Source of the DNA: the human T2T-CHM13v2.0 reference genome, Homo sapiens
NCBI RefSeq assembly: GCF_009914755.1
Contig: NC_060946.1
Length of the DNA stretch: 64,000 nucleotides
Reading direction: 5' to 3' (one strand)
Part shown: in pieces, positions 16,561 through 29,374 of the stretch
Numbering within the stretch: position 1 is the stretch's first letter
Layout of the letters: every line of letters starts with the position of its first letter
The notes under the pieces: model-generated
Database searches by the model: none
The model's input: only the letters and a program-made list of their open reading frames with translations
Told to the model about the DNA's origin: nothing
Program-made: the position numbers and the translations under genes

Positions 16561-19500
16561 GGCCTTGGGACAAGCCTGCGAGTCTGAGTAGGGGGCATGA
16601 TGGCAGGGGTTTGCCTTTCTCATGGGGGTGAGCTGTACCCAAGCCCCATCAATTACCTGTGCCATAGTTAGCATATTGAGCCTCACAGCTGGGTTCGCTG
16701 GACTCCCCACTTCACAGCCAGATAAACTGAGGCTTGGGGAGGGGCGCTGGTGAGTTGCCCGAGGTCACCCCAAGTATAAGAGAAGGAGTAGCTCCTTTCC
16801 CTGTCCTTCTGGCCCACTGACCGTGATGTTCGGGAAGGGAGGGGTGGGGCTGCTTTTGGTTTCTGGCTAGTGCTTCAGGGAGGCTCTGACAGCCCAGTGG
16901 CCCTCCTGGGGGAGGATGAGCAGGGTGTGTGTGTGCACAGGCGGCAGTAGGCCTCTTTCAGGGGAGTGGAGACCCTGCGGAGGAGTGGGTGGGCTGCTGG
17001 GGGCGGGCTGGGCTGCTGGGGGGCGTGGCACGCCTAGCCCCTGCCCTGTGAGTGTGATGGCCTGGACTTCCTCGGCGTCCTCCTGGACATCCTGCCACCT
17101 CCCTGCTGGCCCTTCCTGTCGTCAGCAGCCTCCCCTTTTCTGTCAGGAGCAGAAGGGATGTGGGGGGAGGAGCTGAGTCAGTGTCCTGGGGCCAGGAGGA
17201 GAGAAGTTGCCTTGCCCACCGGGTGCCTGCCCGGCCCTCAGCCGGGTGCTTTCACGTTACCAGATTTGATCCTTGAAGGTTGGTAGTAACATCTTAATCA
17301 AACAGATGAGGAAACCAAGGTGTGGCGAGGTGAAGTGTCATGCCCCAGGTAACTCAGTGAGTCCCAGGCTAAGCCAGAATTTGTATCCAGGTCCGTTCCA
17401 GCTTTCTTTCACAGTTGCCTGTCCTGGGGGCAGCACGTGCTGAGCAAGGGTAAGGCTGCCGGAAGCAGCGTGTGGGGTGCTTGGAAGATGGACAGCACAT
17501 CCCTGCTGGTGGCAGCAGCCTTCCTGAGGGAGGTGTCCTCCTGTGATTATAGGGCCTTGTCAGGTGGAGATGGACTAGCGAGGAGACAGCAGTGTGGACA
17601 GAAACGGGTGGTCATGTTTGAGAAGTAGCAAGAGCGTAGGGAAGGGGTCTGGGGAGGAGGGCCTCACTGCTAGGGCTTGGACAGGGGCAATAGAGAGCCA
17701 TGAAAGCTTTTAGAGCAGAGAGGAGGCTATGATCACCATTAATAGTGTTCATTGAGTTCATCTTGGCTGCCATGCAGACCTCAGCCTGCTCTCAGCTGGT
17801 GCTCCTCCTGTACCCACCTCACACCCTCCTCCCCTGGCCCCCGTGCCCTGAATCAGGGATCCATACAGAGCAAGTGGCACAGGTGTGTGAGTGTGTGAGG
17901 CTCCGGGGCTTCAGGGAGTTGGGATTCTCTTCCACCCCTTTTGCCTTTGCCTGGGTGCAGCTTTGCTCCCGGATCAGCCTTCCCCCTCGCCTGCTGGGCA
18001 TCAAATTATATTTGGTCCCTTGTTTACTGTCTCTTTCCTACAGTCCACCAGGGCAGGGGCCACAGCTCTTGGTCACAGCTAATTTCCTGGCCTAGAACAG
18101 TGCCTGATAACTTTAAAAAAAAAATTTTTTTTTCTGCAAACACTCCCTGAGCCCCTATCTGTGCTGGGTCCTGGCAGGTAAACAGTGTATGTCCCTGACT
18201 GTGAGTTGCATCTAATCTAGCCTGTGAAGGATAAGTAAAGGGCCTCAAGATAGTCACGGATGCAACAGAGGCCTCTGAGAGGGGCCATGGGAGGGCAGGA
18301 CGGGGGCGGCTGGTGGTGCGGTGAGTGGCATGAACTGTGAAGGGACCTCAGAGGTGGCCATTAAGCTGGGTCTTAAGGCCTGAGTAGCCGCTTGCCTAGT
18401 CATCAGAGGAGGAGGAAGCATAGTGTTTCAGGCCAAGGACATGGCACATATGAAGGGCCCGGAGTCCTGGTGTGTTGTGATCGGCAAGGAATATGCAGTG
18501 GTATAAACAGGGGCCCCTCAGCAAGGGGAGGCCAGGCTGGAAGAGTGTGATGAGGCTTCCCTGCCATCCTGAGGCAGCTGGACTTTGTTTTAAAGCCACC
18601 TGGAGACCGGGTGTAGTGGCTTATGTGTGCCTGTAATCCCAGCATTTTGGGAGGCTGAGGTGGATGGATCACTTGAGGTCAGGAGTTCGAGACCAGCCTG
18701 GCCAGCATGGTGAAATCCCATCTCTACTAAAAATAAAAAAATTTGCTGGACATGGTGGTGGGTGCTTGTAATCTCAGGTATTTGGGAGGCTGAGGCAGGA
18801 GAAACGCTTCAACCCGGGAGGTGGAGGTTGCAGTAAGCCGAGATGGCGCCATTGCACTCCAGCCTGGGCAGCAGAGACTCTGTCTCAAAAATAAAGCAAG
18901 CCACCTGGAGCCGTCCCTGGAACTGTTAAGCAAGCCTGGGATACCAAGCCTTTTTGAGTGAGTCCCGCCAGCCCGAGGGTGTGTAGAGGGGTTGTGTGCC
19001 TGGCCAGGTAGGAGGCGGGGCTGTGAGAACCTGCCAGTACTCCCGAAAGGCGGAAGGAGAAACTGAGCTTCTAGCAGGTGAAGAAGAGGTAGCTGGGCCT
19101 GAAGAGCCCTGTATGAAGGGGCATCGTGGGAGATTTAGATGATCGGACCTTTTGACCCTGGGGACAGGTTTCCCTGCCAGTTTAAAAACTCACATTGGTT
19201 GGCCGGGCACATTGGCTCACACCTATAATCCCAGCATTTTTGGAGGCCGAGGTGAGCGGATCACTTGAGCTCAGGAGTTTGAAACCAACCTGGGAAACAT
19301 AGGGAGACCCCATCTCTACAAAAAAAAAAAAAAAAAAAAAATTAGCTGAGCATGGTGGAGTGCTTATGTCGTCCCGGCTACTTGGAAGCTGAGGTGGAAG
19401 GATCGCTTGAGCCCAGGAGGTTGAGTCAGCAGTAAGCTGTGATCACACCACCACACTCCAGTCTGGGCAGCAGAGCAGGGCCCTGTCTCAACAAAACAAA

Positions 19501-21307
19501 ACTCAAATTGGTGACCTTCTATCCCCAAGGTCACTGTGTCATGGCGTGCCTGACATGGTATGTGATGTGTCTGTACTGGGCTCTGGAGGATCACTAGGTT
19601 TCTCCTTGTACAGACACGTTCAGTCCTGTCGGAAGCTGCGGGAGGGGAGGACCGCCCCGTCATTTGCCACATCAGGCAGCCAGGACTCAGAGAGGGGATG
19701 TGACTTAGGAAGGTCACAGTGACTCCACTTCCCAGGCAGCCCTAGAGGTTCCAGCCTGACAGCTTGTCATTCCTGCCCCAATCTCCCAGCCCTGGCCCAG
19801 GGACTTTCGCCTGGGACTGCCCAGTGGTGCCAGCTCTGTGGGCCCAGGAAGCCTGGCTCCTCCGGGCTAGGTGGGGGTAGGGGAGATGGCCCAAAAAGCA
19901 CAGAAATTTAGACCAGGGGGTAGATATTTCCTCAGCAAGTTTTTCCTGAGCCTTGCTGTGGTCAAGCCCCCTGCAAGGCCCTGGGGCCACAGGAGGTCCC
20001 AGACTGAGGGGAAGTGGAGCCAGGTGTGGTCACCAATCTTCATTCTTAGCTTGGGATCGCCCTGGGCAGCCTCCGTCTCAGGTGGAAGACGGGGTGGGCA
20101 GAATACAGAGCAGCGGGACAAACGCAGCCCCAGGGGTTCTCGGCCGTGAGCAGAGCCTGTGTCTCTCCCTTAGACAGGTATACAGGGAGGGGCTGGGATG
20201 CCAACCTACTGGGTCCCCCGACTGTGGCTGTGGAAGGTTCTGGATCTTCAGCTGTCCCAAGCCCCGGTTGGTCCACTTCCTATACCTGAGAAGGGGCTCC
20301 GTGGGTGGAGAGTGGGTCGGGAGAGGTGGCCAGGCAGGGTGGCTGTGGTTTCCAGCTGCCACTGTCACCGCCCACCCCACTGAGCCATGCCACCCGTTCT
20401 CTGCAGGCAACCAGACACCTTGGCCTGGTGAGGCCTCGATGTAGGGGCTGATAGGTAGGCTCAGAGCCATGGCAACCGGTGGCCACCTCCTCCCTGCCGG
20501 CGCCAGGAGCGGAGACTGCAGAGGGACCGGGACTTAGATGAGAGAGGTCTCCCCAGCAGGAAGGGAGGGTCTGGTGGTTGGCACCCACTAGATGAGCATG
20601 GTCAGAAAAATATCAGGATGAGCAACTTCTTTATCTAGGCCTGGGTGGGGGTGCCTGGCACAGGTCTCCATGGGACATGCTGCAGCTGGTAGCCCCCAGA
20701 CCCCGGGGCTGTGCCCCCCTGGGCGGCACCCAGAAGGTAGGGCTTGCCAGGACTGACCCTTCCCAAAGAGATCTAGGCGGGGACCAGAGGGTTTCTGACC
20801 CCAGCCTGTGACTGGCTCCACCTCCCATAGTCTCCTGGAGCCGAGGAAAGGACAGGACTGGCGGGCCCATGGGAGGGTCCGTGGGGCACTTGGTCCTCGT
20901 CAGAGGGAGGAACTGGACAGTTCGCGCAGTGCTGCTGGTCTGGACTGCCCTCTGAGCTCTCAGGGGGTCTCTATGCAGGCAGAGTCCTCCCAGCCCCTCT
21001 CTCCCATTCTTGGGCGAGGGGTCGGCTGGAGAGAGGCCCCTGGGACATCTGGGTGTGTGTGCCAGCCACCCAGCCCAACTTCTTGGCTCTCTGAGTGCCA
21101 CTATCAGGAAAGGGGCCAGGGCTGCCTCAGTGGCTGGGAGGCCTGCTTGGACTTGGGGGTTACCTAGGGCCTTAGCCCTCTTGGCTGGCTTCCCAGGAGC
21201 TCGGTCCCACAGGACTTGGGGACAGGGTGGGTGCAGCACGCTCCCCTCACCAGCCCCCATTGGCTTCCTGCTGGACCCAACTCACCTCCCTCCTCATCTC
21301 CCCACAG

Positions 21308-21364
21308 CCCGATCTGCTCAACTTCAAGAAGGGATGGATGTCGATCTTGGACGAGCCTGGAGAG
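21308..21364 (+). CDS. TRIOBP: TRIOBP exon 12, start of PH domain
   Basis: ctccccacag|CCCGAT...GGAGAG|gtaaga; PDLLNFKKGWMSILDEPGE. Confidence 0.95.
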
Positions 21365-22829
21365 GTAAGAGGACTGAGGCCGGAGGGGAGGAAGCTGGCT
21401 TGTGCTGCTGCTGGGCCCCTGGGCAGCCCAGGAGTGGGGGTGGGGCTGGGGCTGGTGTGAGAACCCTGGGGGTGGGGCTGGGAGGGGTGGAGGCTGCCCA
21501 TTAGGCTTCTGCCTCCTGGAGCAGTCTGCAGTGTGTAAAAGGGATCACAGCAAGGGGCCGTCTAGCCCCTCACACCCAGTGCCCCATCCCTTGATCTCAT
21601 CAAGAGTCTCTTGGCCCTGCCACCTCAGTAGGAGCCTGGGTGGGAGTCAAGGGTCTTGGGTGGAAGGGCTCGTAGAAGCTGTCTGGCCCGAGACACAGAT
21701 TCCTAAAGCCTGGTCTGAGGGGGGTGGGGCTCAGGGCGCAGGTGCTGGGGTTTCACCCACCTGGATCCCCACTGGTTGAGTCAAAGCCTCCTCTAGGCCT
21801 CAGTGGCCACGTCTGTGACATGGGCATAATGGATAATGGTGATTCTTTCTAGAGTGGATAACAAGGTCAGAGAGATCAAGCACGTACAGGTGCCACAAAG
21901 CTCCTGGCACTTACTGTGGGCTCAGCTAAAGACCCTTCCCTTCCTCTGGCATATGTGTCCTTGGAACCAGCAGGGACAGTGGCTGTTTCCTCAGCTCTGT
22001 TCTTTCGGCTGCCAGGCTGGCTCCCTGCCCACACTGCCTGGGCAGGAGCGTCTCCCCACCCCTGCCCTGCATGCGCCTGCTGCTCTGGTCTGCGTGCAGC
22101 CTGCATGCCGGAGAGGGCTTTGAGCCAGAGGGGATTTCATTGTGTTTCCGGCCCACATGTTTTATTCCCTCCAGCCCACAGCCTTCCCTACCCGCTGCCT
22201 GCCCGCTGTCCCTGGTGGCTGCTCTCTAGGCTCACACAAAGCCCGGCACCCCGCCAGTGACCCCTTCCTGGCCTCCCCACCCAGGGTCCCCGGAGGGCAG
22301 AGGGATTACAGGCCCCACCCAGAGCTGGCCATTAGTCATCCTCTATCACAGGGTTCTGGAATGTCCGAACTGGAAGGGCCCTGGGAATTCAGCCAGCCCA
22401 ACCCCTTGGTACACAGACAGGAGACGGGCCCATGAGGGTGTTGGTCTCTTCCAGGCCTAGGAGCACCTGGGGCAGACCCAGGCTCAGAACTCAGCGCACC
22501 TGAGGCCCATGGAGCTCCACCCAGCTTCCATCTCAGACAGTCATAGGCTAGGCCTGGAAGAGCTAAAGAAACCTCTTGGCATAGAACCCCTGTCCTACTT
22601 TACAGAGAGGCAATTGAGGTCTGCAGCAGCAACTCCGTTTACTTAGTGAGAGGAAAATGCTTCTAAGAGGCCTGGCCTCCCAGAACAAACCCAGCAACCT
22701 GGTTGGTGTCCATCCCTATGCCAAGGGCCATGACAGCCATCCACACAAGAGAGGATGGGCGCCGCTCGCCTCACCAGAAGGTCTAGGCACTTCTTTTTTT
22801 GTTTTTTATTTTTGTTTTTTTTTTTCTGA

Positions 22830-23051
<222 letters not shown>

Positions 23052-23726
23052 TGATCCACCCTTCTCAGCCTCCCAAAGTGCTGGGATTATAGGCGCGAGC
23101 TACCGCGCCCAGCTATAGGGACTTCTTAGTAGCCCTACTTTATGGTTCAGAAGACTGAAGCTCAGAAAAGTGGAGACACTTGCCTAAAGGCACACAGAGA
23201 GAAAGGGAACTCTTGGATACAAAACTCCTTTTCTCAGGGAGGCAATGTGGAAAGAAGCAGAAGGTATCGTCGTTGCATGCCCCTTGAGAACTTACCATCT
23301 TCTTGAGGAGAGAAAACTAAGTACTTGAAACAACCAACAGCACAGACAGGGCTTGGTGATGTGAGGGAACCCTGGGAGGGCTGGGGACCGGGTGATATGC
23401 ACTGACCCTGGCAGTGGGCGGGCCGCGACTGGCATTCCAGTGGAGTGACCAGAAGCCCAGAGGTGGGCTGGGCTTGGCATACTATCAGGCTGTTCTGGCG
23501 CCCCCACCCCTTTCCTACATGTCCTGCCAATCTAACCCCAGCTGGAGCAGAGACAGGCACTGCAGGAAGGCACCCAATCACAAATCCTAAACTTACAGCT
23601 TAGGGCGCTCTCACCTGCTGCGGATGTGGGTAGCCAGCCTACAGTTCAAGAAGCAGACCGTGCATCTGGGCGCGGTGGCTCACGCCTGTAATCCCAGCAC
23701 TTTGGGAGGCCAAGGCAGATGAATCA

Positions 23727-23951
<225 letters not shown>

Positions 23952-24413
23952 TCAAAAAAAAAAAAAAAAAAAAGGCAGCAGATTGTGGCTGGCACTCACT
24001 CCTACTCCAGGGCTCCATCCAGTCCTACTTCCCAGGGGACCATTGTCCCTGACCATGGTGATGATCTGGGGGAATATGGAAAAAGACGTAACGTCCTGGC
24101 CCCGCTGAGTCCCTGACTTGCTTACACAGGTCATCACCCCTCCCTGTCTGCACTGGGTCCGGGGTGCCTGAGGAGCCTTGGCAATCTTAAAAGGAGCTCC
24201 AAGAAGGAAAGGGAGGGTGTGGTTACGGAGGGGAAACCAATCCATTTCACAGATGCTACCCCTGAGGCTCAGAGAGGAAATGGAGGGGCCAGGTCTCAAA
24301 TTGGCATTTTCCGCCTCCCCACCCCTCCTGTGTGCAGCATAGTGAGTTTGGCAGCCACACAGGACACCTGTACAATCACACACACTGGCTCTTTCATTCC
24401 ATCCTCCTTGCAG

Positions 24414-24521
24414 CCTCCCTCCCCCTCGCTCACCACCACCTCTACTTCGCAGTGGAAGAAACATTGGTTTGTGCTGACAGATTCAAGTCTCAAATATTAC
24501 AGAGACTCCACTGCTGAGGAG
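24414..24521 (+). CDS. TRIOBP: TRIOBP exon 13, PH domain
   Basis: cctccttgcag|CCTCCC...GAGGAG|gtgagg; [36 protein letters not shown]; second acceptor at 24453. Confidence 0.93.
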
Positions 24522-24637
24522 GTGAGGCCATGGGTGTACTGATGAACCCCCGGAAGGGCCTGGGGTGGCCTGGCTGGGTTCACTGGGGTGGGTCACACCA
24601 GGGCCCACACGGACCATAGTGGGCCCTCTTGCTCCAG

Positions 24638-24727
24638 GCAGATGAGCTGGATGGTGAGATCGACCTGCGTTCCTGCACGGATGTCACTGAGTACGCGGTG
24701 CAGCGCAACTATGGCTTCCAGATCCAC
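24638..24727 (+). CDS. TRIOBP: TRIOBP exon 14, PH domain
   Basis: cttgctccag|GCAGAT...ATCCAC|gtgagg; [30 protein letters not shown]. Confidence 0.95.
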
Positions 24728-25086
24728 GTGAGGCTGTGTGCAGCTTGGGGGCTGGTGGTGGGCAGCATGGCTGGAGGTCCCTGGGGGAGGTTTTGGTGTT
24801 GAACATGGCTCACCATGGAGACTGGATCCCTTCACTCATTTACCCAGAGGCCCTATCTTCAGAGCCAGAGCTGTGATGCCAACACTTAGCATATCTGGGG
24901 GAGACGCTGGAGCCAGCAGGGCTCTTCCCAGGCCAATGGAAGGGAGGTTTTGTACCCCCTGCCCACCCCAGACTCAAGACCTTAGATGCATCCTGGGAAG
25001 GAAGGGCCACCCTCCCTGGGGTCCATAGTGGGGAGGGAGTCATGCGGCTGGCCATGTGGCAACCTACCCATGCGGTGGCCTTGCAG

Positions 25087-25196
25087 ACCAAGGATGCTGT
25101 CTATACCTTGTCGGCCATGACCTCAGGCATCCGGCGGAACTGGATCGAGGCTCTGAGAAAGACCGTACGTCCAACTTCAGCCCCAGATGTCACCAA
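25087..25196 (+). CDS. TRIOBP: TRIOBP exon 15, PH domain C-terminal helix
   Basis: ccttgcag|ACCAAG...CACCAA|gtacgt; TKDAVYTLSAMTSGIRRNWIEALRKTVRPTSAPDVT(K) with the conserved PH-helix Trp. Confidence 0.95.
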
Positions 25197-26594
25197 GTAC
25201 GTACTAAGCTGGACTGGGGCCTTGAGGGAGGCACTTACCCTTGCGTCCCCGAGTGGGTTTCTAGGTACTCACCTGAGGGCTGCACCTTTCTGGGCCCTCG
25301 TTTCTCTGTCAACAACATGGGAAGAGAGTAGTGAGCATTCTCGGTATCATCCAGAAGTACACTGAGGGTTTGAGGTTTGATCTGTCTTCTCAAATGTGAT
25401 GGGGCCTCTTCTCTTTGGAGGAGATGCCTGTGAGTCAAAAGCCCCTGCCAGGTGGCTGTTCTGTCTCTGTGTCTGTGCCGTGGGGGCCGTGTCTAAGCCT
25501 GTGTTGGGAAGGGGTGGTTAGGTAGTTCAGCCTTGGCGCCCACACCTCCCGGGATGGGGAGCTCACTCCTTCTGGAGGCTGCCACGGGCACTGGGGCAGG
25601 AGGGCTGAGTTACCGAGTGGCAGAGCCCCCCACAGTTTATACCCAGATGCCCATGGCGGGCTGGGACTTGGAGCTGCTGGGCAGCGGGAACAGAGTGTGG
25701 TATTAAAGGGGGCTGGGCTGGGTGTAGTGGCTCACACCTGTAATCCCAGCGATTTGGGAGGCTGAGATGGGAGGATCACTTGAGCTCAGGAGTTCAAGAC
25801 CAGCCTGGGCAATATAGTGAGACCTCGTCCCTACAAAAAATTTAAAAATCAGCTGGCCGTGGTAGGGTGCGCCTGTCAGCTGAGGTGGGAGGATCACCTG
25901 AGCCCGGAGGCCGAGTCCCCCAGACTGGCCACACCGCGGCTATTCAGCCTTAGGCCAGAGGCTTTCCTGTCTAGGTTTCAGAGTCCCCATCTGTCACGTT
26001 AGCATGTCATGTCTGTACATGTGCCAGGATGTGCCCAGAGCACTTTGTGAACTCTGAAGCACTGTGCAGTTGGACTGTTATTTAGCATCTAGGCCCAGCT
26101 GCTTTAAGAAAGAAACCCCGGGCACAGTAACTTCATCGAGATAGATGTTCATGTCTCCCTTCAGAACAGCCCCGAGGTATGCAGTCCTGGCCTGGTGGGG
26201 CTCGCTCTGCCGTTTCAGGGGAGCCACCTGCCACACCCACTCGGCAGCCTATAGTCACATGGCTACAAGTAGCTGTGGGAATACTGCGAGTGTAGTTTTT
26301 GGCAGGGTGACCACGTACCCAGCTATGACTGTGGATAAAGAGAATTGCCATAGTTGTTCAGAGTCTCTGCAACTTGTGTTCTGTGCACCCCGAGGTCCCG
26401 CCTTCACCCCATCAGCAGTGACTGGGCATCCCCCTTGCCACTGTGAGCCTCGGGAACCCGGGACATTGGTCTCCTACATCACCTCATTGATCACCATTTG
26501 CAAAAAGCCCCCTGCCTGCTTTCCACGTTCGCCCACCCTGTCCTCACATCCATCCTGTGAGAGGCGTCGCTGTCCCACATTACAGATGAGGTCA

Positions 26595-26750
<156 letters not shown>

Positions 26751-27149
26751 TTAGCTGGGCGTGGTGGTGCATGTCTGTAGTCCCAGCTACTCCAGAGGCC
26801 GAGGCAGGAGGATCACTTGAGCTAAGGAGTTTAAGGCTGCAGTGAACTATGATCACACCACTCTACTTCAGCCTGGGCAGCAGAGTGAGACCCTGTCCCT
26901 TGAAAAACAAAAACAAGAAGGGGGGCGAGGGAAGCCGGGCATCCTGGTGGGTCCCTGGGCTGTCAAGAGGTGGAGCTGGGATGTTCCTGGGGTCTGTTAA
27001 CCAGGAAGCTCAGGTCGGGCTGCTTCCTTCCCTGGGGTCTGTCTCCAGCCCCTGGCACAGGGCCTGGCACACAGGTGTCGCTCCAAAAGTGCTCATTGTG
27101 GGACTGCAGGGGTGAGGACCCACCTGACGTGGCTCTGCTGGTGCCCTAG

Positions 27150-27675
27150 GCTCTCGGACTCTAACAAGGAGAACGCGCTGCACAGCTACAGCACCCAGAA
27201 GGGCCCCCTGAAGGCAGGGGAGCAGCGGGCGGGCTCTGAGGTCATCAGCCGGGGTGGCCCTCGGAAGGCGGACGGGCAGCGTCAGGCCTTGGACTACGTG
27301 GAGCTCTCGCCGCTGACCCAGGCTTCCCCGCAGCGGGCCCGCACCCCAGCCCGCACTCCTGACCGCCTGGCCAAGCAGGAGGAGCTGGAGCGGGACCTGG
27401 CCCAGCGCTCCGAGGAGCGGCGCAAGTGGTTTGAGGCCACAGACAGCAGGACCCCAGAGGTGCCTGCTGGTGAGGGGCCGCGCCGGGGCCTGGGTGCCCC
27501 CCTGACTGAGGACCAGCAAAACCGGCTTAGTGAGGAGATCGAGAAGAAGTGGCAGGAGCTGGAGAAGCTGCCCCTGCGGGAGAATAAGCGGGTGCCCCTC
27601 ACTGCCCTGCTCAACCAAAGCCGCGGAGAGCGCCGAGGGCCCCCAAGTGACGGCCACGAGGCACTGGAGAAGGAG
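27150..27675 (+). CDS. TRIOBP: TRIOBP exon 16, linker and first coiled coils
   Basis: gtgccctag|GCTCTCG...AAGGAG|gtaggc; LSDSNKEN...[18 protein letters not shown]...[16 protein letters not shown]...ALEKE. Confidence 0.95.
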
Positions 27676-28690
27676 GTAGGCACCACGGCTGGCTCTCTAG
27701 GAGGCCCCTTGCCCCAGCGCCCCTCCAGTCCCTGCATTCATGCCCTGGCATTTGTCTTGCACTCCTACAGTGATGGGGAGCTCACCCCTGATCTGCTGTG
27801 AGTGTGCACCCCACACTCCTGCGAACTAGAATCTTCTTCCTTAGACCTTAGTAGTTTGGTTTGGTTTTGTTTTGTTTTTTCCTAGTTCTGCCCTTAGCAG
27901 CCATAGAGAAGAGAAGTGGGAAGAGAAGGGAGAGACCTGCCAGGCTCACACCTGTAATCCTAACATTTTGGGAGGCCAAGGTGGGAGGGTCCCTTGAAGC
28001 CAAGAGTTTGAGACCAGTCTGTGCGACATGGCAAAACCCCATGTCTACAAAAAAATACAAAATTTAGCTGGGCGTGCTGGTGCATACCTGGAGCCCCAGC
28101 TACTTGAGAGGCTGAGGTGGGAGGATGGCTGGAGCCCGGGAGGCAGAGGATGCAGTGAGCCAAGATCAAGCCACTGCACTCCAGCAGTCTGGCAATAGAG
28201 CCCGACTTTGTCTCAGATTGAAAAAAAAAAAGAAGAAGAAGAAGGGCGAGACCGTTTATTGTTCATCTTCTGCCCGTGGCCTCCCTGCCTGCACTGACTC
28301 GTGGAATCCTCACAGCGGCCTCTACCCCTAGGGTGGACTTCAGCAGTTTTACTGACGGGAAAACTGAGGCTCAAAGATGTTTCCTCTGTCACCTCCATGA
28401 TGTGTAAACATCTGTGACCACAGTTTCCTTTTCCTATCCCTGTCTAGCCTTCTCTGGGCCAAGGCTCTCCCAGGTCATTGACCTGGCCATCCAGGAAACA
28501 GCCCAGCGTGTCCCCTGGCTACATCTCACTCCAGGGCTGCTTGCCCTTCTCAAACCCTGAGGCATTCCTAAGCCTTCCAGGGACGCTGGGCTTGTATCCG
28601 TGTGGAGCTGGAAGCCTGCGGGCTCCTCACTGCCTTCCACCAGCCCTGCCCCAGCTTCCAGGTCCCACTGACCACCCTTCTCCCTCGTAG

Positions 28691-28801
28691 GTTCAGGCTC
28701 TTCGGGCCCAGCTGGAGGCGTGGCGTCTCCAAGGGGAGGCTCCTCAGAGTGCACTGAGATCCCAGGAGGATGGCCACATCCCCCCGGGCTACATCTCACA
28801 G
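28691..28801 (+). CDS. TRIOBP: TRIOBP exon 17
   Basis: ccctcgtag|GTTCAG...TCACAG|gtaagg; [37 protein letters not shown]. Confidence 0.94.
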
Positions 28802-28953
28802 GTAAGGCCGGGGGGCTGTTTTTCAGGGGGAGGGGGCAGATTTCTGGTTGCCGTGTTATCAGGAAACAGCTGAGATTTTGGGAGCCCTTCCTGTGTGTGC
28901 TGGAACCTGTGTGGGGCATTTGACATGCGTCATCTCATTTACTCTCCCCACAG

Positions 28954-29064
28954 CTGGTGGGCGTGATCACTGTGCCCGTTTTACAGACAAGGCCACTGAG
29001 CTCTGAGAGGTTATGTGACTTGCCCAAGGTCACCCCGCCTGCAGGTCTCAAAGGTGGGATTTGA
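28954..29064 (+). CDS. TRIOBP: Alternative terminal coding exon (short isoform-2-type C-terminus), derived from an antisense MIR
   Basis: tttactctccccacag|CTGGTGGGC...ATTTGA; LVGVITVPVLQTRPLSSERLCDLPKVTPPAGLKGGI*; phase 0 with exon 17; AATAAA at 29434 and 29465. Confidence 0.8.
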   Translation: MVGVITVPVLQTRPLSSERLCDLPKVTPPAGLKGGI

Positions 29065-29285
29065 GCGAGGGTCCGGCTGACTGCAGAGCCTGTGTGTGAG
29101 TCCCCGTGTGACACTCTGCACTTGGACCCTTGCCCCGGGGAAGTGGGGGGCTAGTGGCCCCGAGAGTCACTCCCTGAACACAGGGAAATCCTGCCGAGGC
29201 CCACTGGGCCAAGGCCCCACACAAGGAGGTCTGCAGGACAGGGGAGCCTCCAGTAGCCCTCAGAGAATGCACCGTCCGCCTAGGA

Positions 29286-29367
29286 CAGCGGTTCTCAACG
29301 GGGTCCATTTTGTCCCCCTTGGGGACATTTGGCTGTGTCTGGGAATACTTCTGGTTGTCACAACTAG
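29286..29367 (+). mobile_element. MER20 (hAT-Charlie) fragment
   Basis: cagcggttctcaacgggg...ggggacatttggc...ggttgtcacaact matches the MER20 5' part. Confidence 0.75.
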
Positions 29368-29374
29368 GACAAAC

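Noticed and set aside
15150-16710. Many long overlapping ORFs on both strands
   Set aside because: Expected from stop-codon scarcity in a CpG island; only 15773-15955 has a splice donor continuing into TRIOBP
27010-27737. Antisense ORFs of 215 and 147 aa (similar ones over exons 9 and 18)
   Set aside because: Shadows of GC-rich coding exons; no independent gene signals
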